A DNA stretch of 56,936 nt from Chiloscyllium plagiosum (Eukaryota): assembly GCF_004010195.1 (NCBI RefSeq), contig NC_057752.1, positions 4,649,201-4,706,136 on the forward strand, written 5' to 3'. A program made the position numbers and the translations under genes. The notes beneath the pieces are model-generated. The model had not been told where the DNA came from and made no database searches. It worked only from the letters and a program-made list of their open reading frames with translations. Of the stretch, positions 47,582 to 56,936 are shown one piece after another. Numbering within the stretch: the stretch's first letter is position 1; each line of letters opens with the position of its first letter.

Positions 47582-47822
47582 TAATATTATGAATACACAA
47601 CTAATTAACCAAAGCAAGCTTTTACATCACACATTTATACGAGACTAGAGAATCAGAAAGCTATGCTGTAATTAATATATTATCTAATTACTTGGAGTGC
47701 TATTACCTTAATGTGAATGTGATAACATCATTGTCAATTTCTTCAGCTATAAAATGCACATTAGCACAGCTGTCTGTATGGTACTGCATAATAAGCTGAA
47801 ACAACAACAGTCCTTCTCACAA

Positions 47823-48105
47823 ATTAGATTAGATTAGATTCCCTACATTGTGGAAACAGGCCCTTCGGACCAACCAGTCGACACCAAACCCATTTCCCTC
47901 TGACTAATGCACCTAACACTATGGGCAATTTGGAATGGCCAATTCACCGGATCGGCACATCCTTGGACTGTGGGAGGAAACTGGAGCACCTGGAGGGAAC
48001 TCACGCAGACACGGGGAGAATGTGCAAACTCCACACAGACTGGAGGCTGGAATCGAACCTGAGTCCCTGGCTCTGTGAGGTAGCAGTGTTAACCACTAAG
48101 CCACC
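47823..48105 (-). mobile_element. HE1-type SINE
   Basis: (attag)n tail, V-domain, B box ggaatcgaacc. Confidence 0.9.
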
Positions 48106-48810
48106 GAAATTATTTATAATCTCAAATTGTTTTACAATAGTCCGAGGGGAAATTTATTAAAACCGATAATGTGAAGTGAAAGAGTAAACCCAAGAGTTTA
48201 CAACAACAACTTATGTTTGGAAGGCACCCAAAATGCTTCATTTGAGAAGAGAATCAAACAATTGACACTGAACCAAACCAGCAGATGTTAGGACAGGTGA
48301 CCGGGTAACTNNNNNNNNNNNNNNNNNNNNNNNNNNNNNNNNNNNNNNNNNNNNNNNNNNNNNNNNNNNNNNNNNNNNNNNNNNNNNNNNNNNNNNNNNN
48401 NNNNNNNNNNNNNNNNNNNNNNNNNNNNNNNNNNNNNNNNNNNNNNNNNNNNNNNNNNNNNNNNNNNNNNNNNNNNNNNNNNNNNNNNNNNNNNNNNNNN
48501 NNNNNNNNNNNNNNNNNNNNNNNNNNNNNNNNNNNNNNNNNNNNNNNNNNNNNNNNNNNNNNNNNNNNNNNNNNNNNNNNNNNNNNNNNNNNNNNNNNNN
48601 NNNNNNNNNNNNNNNNNNNNNNNNNNNNNNNNNNNNNNNNNNNNNNNNNNNNNNNNNNNNNNNNNNNNNNNNNNNNNNNNNNNNNNNNNNNNNNNNNNNN
48701 NNNNNNNNNNNNNNNNNNNNNNNNNNNNNNNNNNNNNNNNNNNNNNNNNNNNNNNNNNNNNNNNNNNNNNNNNNNNNNNNNNNNNNNNNNNNNNNNNNNN
48801 NNNNNNNNNN

Positions 48811-49125
48811 AGGAGACCATTATTTCATCCTCCTCTATCTTAGTGTCTTTGGTCCTCAGGAATTCTTGGGGGGGGTGGATGGAGTGGTGTGAGTCTTCTA
48901 CCCAGTGTTTTAGTCTTTGGTGGAGCAGCTTGGCCAGTCTGTAAGTTGGTGTTCCAGGTAGCGAGACTATGGGTCTGAGGGGCGGGGGGGGCTCCTGGTT
49001 TGTGAATTTTGGGTAATCCGTAGAAACGTGGTGTGTTGGATCCGTCTGGTTTCATTTTTTGGAAGTCCGTCTTATTTATCTGTCCAGATTTCTGAAGTTT
49101 TTTTGAGTAGGGCTGTGATTCGGTT
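48811..49125 (-). mobile_element. Penelope/Poseidon-type RT fragment
   Basis: MKPDGSNTPRFYGLPKIHKPGAP (fs) RPIVSLPGTPTYRLAKLLHQRLK..SHHSI..EFL..EDEIMVS contains the PLE RT motifs YGLPKIHK and RPIVS. Confidence 0.9.
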
Positions 49126-49269
49126 ATATAAAGAAATGGGGAATAGTTTTACGTGGAAGTCTTTCATAGTTTAAGCAAAGATGCCACGGGAAAACAAAGG
49201 ATCCGCATTTTATCCCAAAGCATTGCCAGACTGGGAGCAGGCATGGGGTGATGGGTGAACAGAGCTTGT

Positions 49270-49507
49270 CACGGTGGCTGCCTCACAGCACCCGGGACCC
49301 AGGTTTGATTCCAGCCTCGGGCAACTGTGTGGAGTTTGCACAGCCCCCGCCTTGGGATTCCTCCGAGTGCTCCGGTTTCCTCCCACACTCTGAAGCTATG
49401 CAGGTTAAGAGGATTGGCCGTGGGAAATGTAGGGGTTTCAGGGATTGAGGGTCAGGGTGGACCCAATAGGCTGAATGGCCTGCTTCCATACTGTCGGGAT
49501 TCTCTGA
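49270..49507 (+). mobile_element. HE1-type SINE (degenerate)
   Basis: cacggtggctgcctcacagc..caggtttgattccagcctcggg..gtggagtttgcac. Confidence 0.75.
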
Positions 49508-49519
49508 ATATGGACAGTG

Positions 49520-49841
49520 AAGTTGGAGCCGAACAGAGAGACGCACGAGAATTCCTAGAAGCATGGCATTCCAACCGGAACACACTCAACAACATATTGA
49601 CTTGGACCCCATTACCACCCTCTGAGAAAAAGAACAGGAAATGATGTCACCACAGGAAATGACATTACCAACTCAAACATATGAATAGAAAGCGGGCTAC
49701 ACCACCAGTGCTTCACCCAGAGGCCCACTGATGATGTTACCTAGTAGGGTGACGAAACTTCTGAAAATAAACCTTCCAGCTCAGCGAGCAAACCTATATG
49801 CAGAACCTCAACCTGAGCTACAACTCTTCTCAAAACTCACT
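49520..49841 (+). mobile_element. Penelope/Poseidon-type 3' end (GIY-YIG C-terminus plus pLTR)
   Basis: AEQRDAREFLEAWHSNRNTLN is a PLE endonuclease C-terminal motif; an HHR and AATAAA follow. Confidence 0.8.
49728..49761 (+). ncRNA. Minimal hammerhead ribozyme (third family), core intact
   Basis: ca-CTGATGA-T-GTTACC-TAGTAG-GGTGAC-GAAA-CT-TC-tg, with a 6-bp stem II containing one G-U pair. Confidence 0.7.
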
Positions 49842-49861
49842 ATGAACAGTGGAAGTTTGGA

Positions 49862-50106
49862 GGTGCCAGGGTATACCGACAGGTAAACGTGCCAGAGTCC
49901 GGTGCCAGGGTATACCGACAGGTAAACGTGTCAGAGTCCGGTGCCTGGGTGTACCGACAGGTAAACGTGTCAGAGTCCGGTGCCTGGGTGTACCGACAGG
50001 TAAACGTGCCAGAGTCCGGTGCCAGGGTGTACCGACAGGTAAACGTGTCAGAGTCCGGTGCCAGGGTATACCGACAGGTAAACGTGTCAGAGTCCGGTGC
50101 CAGGGT
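49862..50106. repeat. 39-bp minisatellite, ~6.3 copies
   Basis: Unit GGTGCC(A/T)GGGT(A/G)TACCGACAGGTAAACGTG(C/T)CAGAGTCC with only three variable positions. Confidence 0.97.
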
Positions 50107-50944
50107 TACTGTCCAAGGCTGAGTGACTGTTCCAGATGGAAGAACTGTCGCTGCTGGTTGTTCCTATTACAGGAGAGGCTTCAGAGACAAGCCCCATCCC
50201 ACCATTTCTCCCCCCGCCCCATCTCTCCACGTCCACTTCCCAGCAGAGGGCACTGTGCGGAGACCAGGTCTCCAGCTTTAGCCCCAGTGAGTCCTGATGC
50301 TTTCTCACCAACAGTGCCATCCTCAGCTCAGTGTAGATTGAACGTGTGCACAGATGGATTTCCATGACACCCTGCCAAATTCAAGGTCGCTTTGAGAGAG
50401 TGAGCCTTCATTGTTGGAGCCCTTGCACGCTTCCCCTCCATCTTCACTTCTCCAAGAAAGAAGGGAAAGGCTTGCATTATGATAGCGCCGTTCCCCATCC
50501 TCATGGCATCTTTATAGCAAATGAGGCATTTTCTAAGGTGTTGGAATGGAGAAACCAGCTTCCACCCGTAGCAATGTGATCGTTTGCTTTTCCTGGTCAA
50601 GGGATAACTGTCATCCGGTGCCCTTCTTCGGAATAGTGCCCAGGAGCCTTTAACGTCCGTGATAAGGACTCAATTTCCCACCGTGTCTGAGAGACTAGCC
50701 TTCCAACGCTCACCCGGACTCATCCACAGAGCTCCATGTTGATGGTTGGGTTCAAGCCCCAGAGTGGGAGTTGAACCCTGGACCTTGGGAGCTAGCAGTG
50801 GCTGGCATGGTACCAGCCAAACCAAGCCTTTGCTAGTCTGCCACTTACTCTTACCCTCTTAAAATTACTGGGTGAAGCAGTTGACGGGCGCCTCACCGGG
50901 CACCAATCCCTGGGCACAGTCTTGGTGCCAAGATCACACTGGGG

Positions 50945-51270
50945 TACTTTTTAAATTGAGGGCATCGCTGGCTAGGCCCAGCATTTCTTGCCCATCCCTA
51001 AATGCCCAGGGGGCAGTTAGGAGTCAACCCCACATTGCTGTGGGTCTGGAGTCACATGTAGGCCAGACCAGGTAAGGATGGCAGTTTCCTTCCTGAAAAG
51101 GCACTTGTGAGCCAGATGGGGTTTTCCTGACAGTGGATCCACGGAATTAGACTCTTAATTCCAGTTTTTTTTTTCTTATTGAATTCAAAATACACCTTTG
51201 GCCATGGCAGGAGTCCAACCTGGATCCCCAGGGCATTACCTGGGTCTCTGGATTAACAATCCACCAGGCC
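50945..51270 (-). mobile_element. SINE family B (a degenerate plus-strand copy also lies at 56130-56445)
   Basis: gggcatcgctggctaggcccagcatttcttgcccatcccta..gtgggtctggagtcacatgtaggccagaccaggtaagg. Confidence 0.85.
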
Positions 51271-51899
51271 ATCACGCGCCCCCCCCCCAGCCTGCCTGTG
51301 TGCCCGCCTTGGTGGGCACCAAACAGAAAATACCTGTCCCATTCCTCTCAGCCCAGGGACACTCAAAGGAACTCTGCCATCTTTGGGAATGAGATGCCAG
51401 ATACTCTGCTCTGTATTGGCTCACTGTGAAATGGTTATCAATAGAGCAGAGAGAGGGAATGCCAGGTGTTTTACTGTGGAGGCTTGGCCTGAGAAAGCAG
51501 GAGAGAGCCAAGTCACTCCTAAAGGAACCAGTGCATTCAATGGTAGGACATGAAGGGACGGCTAATTTAAACAAAGGAAAGGAATCCAAACCATGGATCA
51601 GGAGAGACACTGAGATTTACAGCTGGGCTTTCTGCCAAGCTGGTCGAGATGGAGTTTGTGCAGAGGCAGCAGGAAGGAGTTGCGGAAATCCAACAGTGGA
51701 ATGGTTTCATTCCCCTTCCCCATTGGAATGTGCACAGCAGCTTAAAATGTGGAGCAGGTTCAGTGTTCCAGCTGGAACAGAAACAAGGCCTGGCTCCCTT
51801 GTGGTTTTCCTGTGACACTGTCCCTGCTGAGACCCCACACACAAATCCTATTATCAACAGACTGCAACAGATATATACACACAGCCCCACAAACTGACT

Positions 51900-54800
51900 G
51901 ACACGCAAAAACACACCGGCAGAGGCCCACAGACACAGGCAGAGGCCCACAGACACAGGCAGAGGCCCACAGACACAGACAGACAGACACACACAGACAC
52001 AGGCAGAGGCACACACACACAGGCAGAGACACACACACACAGGCAGAGACACACGGCGTGTGCGCACACACAGGCAGAGGCACAGACACAGGAAGAGGCA
52101 CACAGACACAGACGCGCACACAGGCAGAGGCACACACACACAGGCAGAGGTGCACAGACACAGGCAGAGGCACACACACAGGCAGAGGCGCACACACACA
52201 CAGGCGGAGGCACACAGGCACGTGCGCACACACACAGGCAGAGGCATACACACAGGTTGAGGCACACACAGGCAGAGGCACACAGACACAGGCGTGTACA
52301 CAGGCACACACAGGCAGAGGCAACACACAGGCAGAGGTGCACAGATACAGGCAGAGGCACACACACAGGCAGAGGCGCACACACACACAGGCGGAGGCAC
52401 ACAGGCACGTGCGCACACACACAGGCAGAGGCATACACACAGGTTGAGGCACACACAGGCAGAGGCACACAGACACAGGCGTGTACACAGGCACACACAG
52501 GCAGAGGCAACACACAGGCAGAGGTGCACAGATACAGGCAGAGGCACACACACAGGCAGAGGCGCACACACACAGGCGGAGGCACACAGGCACGTGCGCA
52601 CACACACAGGCAGAGGCATACACACAGGTTGAGGCACACACAGGCAGAGGCACACAGACACAAGCAGAGACACACAGGCGCGTGCGCACACACAGGCAGA
52701 GACACACAGGCAGAGGTGCACACACATAGGCAGAGGCACACACACACAGGCGCGTGCGCATACACACAGAGGCAGAGGCGCACAGGCAGAGGCCCACACA
52801 CACAGGCAGAGAGACACACACAGGTAGAGGCACACACGCACAGGCACACAGGCACAGTCGCGTGTGCACACACAGGCAGAGGCCCACACACACAGGCAGA
52901 GGCCCACAGACCCAGGCACGTGCGCACACACATACACACAGGCAGAGGCACACAGGCGCGTGCACACACACACACACACAGGCAGAGGTGCACACGCAGA
53001 GGCACACACACAGAGGCAGAGGCACACACACACACAGGCAGAGGCACACAGACACAGGCGCGTGCGCGCACACACACAGGCAGAGGTACACACACAGGTG
53101 CGTGCGCACACACACAAGCAGGCAGAGGCACACAGACACAGAGAGACACAGGCGCGTGCGCGCACACACACAGGCAGAGGTGCACACACAGGCAGAGGCA
53201 CACACACACAGGTGCGTGCGCACACACACATGCAGGCAGAGGCACACAGGCAGAGGCACACAGACACAGGCGCGTGCGCACACACAGGCAGAGGCGCACA
53301 GGCAGAGACACACAGGCAGAGGCCCACGCACACAGGCAGAGGCCCACAGACACAGGTGGGTGCGCACACACACACAGGCAGAGGCGCGCACACACACACA
53401 CACAGGCAGAGGTGCACACACACAGGCGCGCACACACACAGGTCCACACACAGGCAGAGGCACACACACAGAGGCACGTGCACACACACAGGCAGAGGCA
53501 TACACACACAGGCAATGGCACAAATACACAGGCAGAGGCACACACACACACAGGCAGAGGCGCACACACAGGCAGAGGCACACAAACACAGGCACACACA
53601 CAGGCAGAGGCACACAGACACAGGCACGTGCGCACACACACACAGGCAAAGGCACACACACACAGACACAGGCGTGCGTGCGCACACAGATACAGGCACG
53701 TGCGCACACACAGGCAGAGGCACACACACAGGCAGAGGCACACAGGCACGTGCGCACACACACAGGCAGAGGCACACAGACACAGGCAGAGGCATACACA
53801 CACAGGCGCGCACACAGGTAGAGGCACACACACAGGCGCGTGTGCGCACACAGGCAGAGGCACACACACAGGCGCACACACAGACAGAGGCACACAGACA
53901 CAGGCGCGTGTGCACACACACAGGCAGAGGCACACAGACAGGCGCGCACACACAGGCAGAGGCACACAGGCGCACACACANNNNNNNNNNNNNNNNNNNN
54001 NNNNNNNNNNNNNNNNNNNNNNNNNNNNNNNNNNNNNNNNNNNNNNNNNNNNNNNNNNNNNNNNNNNNNNNNNNNNNNNNNNNNNNNNNNNNNNNNNNNN
54101 NNNNNNNNNNNNNNNNNNNNNNNNNNNNNNNNNNNNNNNNNNNNNNNNNNNNNNNNNNNNNNNNNNNNNNNNNNNNNNNNNNNNNNNNNNNNNNNNNNNN
54201 NNNNNNNNNNNNNNNNNNNNNNNNNNNNNNNNNNNNNNNNCACAGGCAGAGGCACACACACACAGGCAGAGGCGCGCACACAGGCAGAGGCACACACACA
54301 GGCAGAGGCACACACACACACACAGGCAGAGGCGCAAACAGGCAGAGGCACACAGACACAGGCACACACAGGCAGAGGCATACATACACAGGTGCATGCG
54401 CACACACACACAGACAGAGGCACACAGACACAGGTGGGTGCGCACACACACACACAGGCAGAGGTGCGCACACACACACACAGGCAGAGGTGCACACACA
54501 CAGGCGCGCACACACACAGGTCCACACACAGGCAGAGGCACACACACAGAGGCACGTGCGCACACACAGGCAGAGGCATACACACACAGGCGCACACACA
54601 CAGGCAGAGGCGAGCACACACAGGCAGAGGAACACAGACGCGTGTGCGCACACACACACAGGCAGGGACACACACACAGGCAATGGCACAAATACACAGG
54701 CAGAGGCGCACACACACACAGGCAGAGGCACACAAACACAGGCACACACAGAGGCAGAGGCACACAGACACAGGCGCATGCGCACACACACACACACAGG

Positions 54801-55880
54801 CAAAGGCACACACACAAAGGCAGAGGCACACAGACACAGGCGCGTGCGCGCACACAGACACAGGCGTGTGCGCACACACAGGCAGAGGCACAGACACAGG
54901 AAGAGGCACACAGACACAGACGCGCACACAGGCAGAGGCACACACACACAGGCAGAGGTGCACAGACACAGGCAGAGGCACACACACAGGCAGAGGCACA
55001 CAGGCACGTGCGCACACACACACAGGCAGAGGCACACAGACACAGGCAGAGGCACACAGACACAGGCGCGTGCGCACACATAGGCAGAGGCACACAGGCA
55101 GAGGCACACAGACACAGGCAGAGGCCCACAGACACAGGCACGTGCGCGCACACATACACACAGGCAGAGGCACACAGGCACGTATACACACACACACACA
55201 CACGCAGAGGCAGAGGCACACAATCATTGGCACACACACACAGGTGCACACAGACAGAGGCACACACACAGGCAATGGCCCACAGACACAGGCATGTGCG
55301 CACACACATACACACAGGCAGGGGTGTGCATACACAGGCAGAGGCACACACACACACAGGCAGAGGCACACAATCAGAGGCGCACACACAGGCGCACACA
55401 GACAGAGGCACACACACAGGCAGAGGCACACAGACACAGGCACGTGCGCACACACACACAGACAGAGGCACACACACACAGGCAGAGGTGCACACACACA
55501 GGCAGAAGCACATACACACGCGCACACACAGGCCCACACACATACAGGCAGAGCCACAGGCAGAGGCACACACACACAGGCAGAGGTGCACAGACACAGG
55601 CAGAGGCACACACACAGGCAGAGGCACACAGCGGCAGAGGCACAAGCACACACACAGAGGCACACATACAGACACACACAGGCAGACACATACACAGAGA
55701 GAAACACACACAGAGACACACAGAGAAAGAGGCACACCCACATGCAGGCAGACAGGCACACACGCACTTTCACACCCCCTACACACACAGACACACACAC
55801 ACCTTTCACATACACTACACACACACCCTGAAACATAGACACATACACACACACATACCCCCTTCACACACAGACAGACA
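51900..55880. repeat. ~4-kb compound satellite (CA)n-GGCAGAGG with higher-order repeats; contains a gap
   Basis: Recurrent CACACAGGCAGAGG. The marker AGGTTGAGG occurs at 52254, 52441 and 52626, giving 187/185-bp periods. Confidence 0.97.
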
Positions 55881-56734
55881 CTAATGTAGCAGTCCTGTGT
55901 CGATGATTTATCACTGATTCCTGGTCTCATTTCCCCAGGTCGCAGAGCTGAAAAATCCAGTCGGTTTCTGGCTGGCCTTTGAGGTTCGTGCTGGAGCAGG
56001 TTGGGCCTAACTTCCTTCCAGACGGTTTTCCTTACCTCCTGAGGGATTCGGCAGGATAGCAGCTGGAGGGGCTGTACCAGGGGCCCCCTGTTCACTCCAC
56101 GGTGGGGAATAGATGGCACAGCTCGTGGGTTCTGGGTATGGAACTGAACTCGTAATCCAGAGATTTACGTTCACCTCAAGGTAATTGGGGAATTTCAAAT
56201 CAGCTAGTTATAGGCATCAATAAGAAAAATGCTAGTATAGCTCATCTGGTTCAGTAATGTGAAGGAAATCTGTCCTTGCCTGGTCTGGTCTATATGTGAG
56301 TCCTGCCCATGGGTTGACTCTGAAATGGCCCAGAAAGCTCCTCAGTTCTAATCAAGAAGACAATTCACCATAAACTTCTGAAGGGCATTGGGGGTGGGTA
56401 AGAAATGGGTGATATTGTCATCCTGTGAATGAATTGAAGAAAATCCTGTTTCCTTTTCATATCCATCAGCTGGCATTTATGCCTGTGCCCATGACACTGT
56501 GGACAAATTACTTAGCCAGGTTGGCATTGAGATTAAATATTCTGCAATGTAGCTCAGTGACACACCCAAAGTGTGGCCACTTTGCTCACACGCCTGAACC
56601 CAATGAGCACAATTGGTGACCCATGTGTGCCAACCTGTTGGCAGCCTCAGAATGCAGTCACTGCTCTGGTGGTGGAAGTACCAGGCCCATGATGTACCAG
56701 GTACAAACACTGTGGTTATGAATGAAAGAACGTG

Positions 56735-56836
56735 GAGGCAGGAGGAGGCTGTTCAGCCCTTTAAGCCTGCTCCGCCATTTCATATGATCTCAACTCGGCC
56801 TGAACTCCACCCTCCTGCCTGCTCTCCATAACTCTC
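56735..56836 (-). mobile_element. CR1 extreme 3' end (second family)
   Basis: ggaggcaggaggaggctgttcagccctttaagcctgctccgccattt is the reverse complement of the UTR seen at 18715-18755. Confidence 0.6.
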
Positions 56837-56936
56837 CGACAGGCGGGAGGAGGTGGGGGTGCGGTGTTGGATGGGGGCAGGAAGGAGGTGGGAGGGGGAG
56901 GTGTTGGATGGTTGAGGGGCAGGGGGGTGGGGGACT

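Noticed and set aside
51404..51451. Hairpin ctctgctct..agagcagag as a pre-miRNA
   Set aside because: The stem is only about 14 bp with a bulge. The minus strand has a TCACAGTG seed-like word but does not match miR-27 or miR-128 beyond it.
51567..56119. Very long ORFs (600-1400 aa) rich in Cys/Val or His/Thr/Gln
   Set aside because: These are by-products of a CA satellite that lacks stop codons in nearly all frames on both strands, and they span an N-gap.

Overview
Repeat-dense, apparently non-genic (intergenic or deep intronic) vertebrate DNA, most likely from a shark. This is inferred from HE1-type V-SINEs, HER1/CR1 LINEs and Deu-domain SINEs. The window has five N-gaps, and I could not recognise a host protein-coding exon. 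It is a mosaic of decayed retroelements (CR1, L2, RTE, Rex1/Babar, Tx1/L1, four SINE families), a solo LTR, a PIF/Harbinger relic and three tandem arrays (69-bp unit, 39-bp unit, and a 4-kb CA/GGCAGAGG satellite). The most notable signal is a dense set of Penelope-like element (PLE) insertions carrying minimal hammerhead ribozyme (HHR) motifs, about 15 intact or decayed cores from several families. Five insertions share one architecture: a fold-back palindrome with a tail on one arm only, flanked by a long target-site duplication (TSD) of 12-17 bp in four cases and an imperfect one in the fifth. The cleanest is a ~250-bp non-coding element at 24797-25044, with 108-bp arms, one mismatch and an intact HHR core on each strand. 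Family names come from recalled motifs, not database searches, and coordinates of old repeats are approximate.
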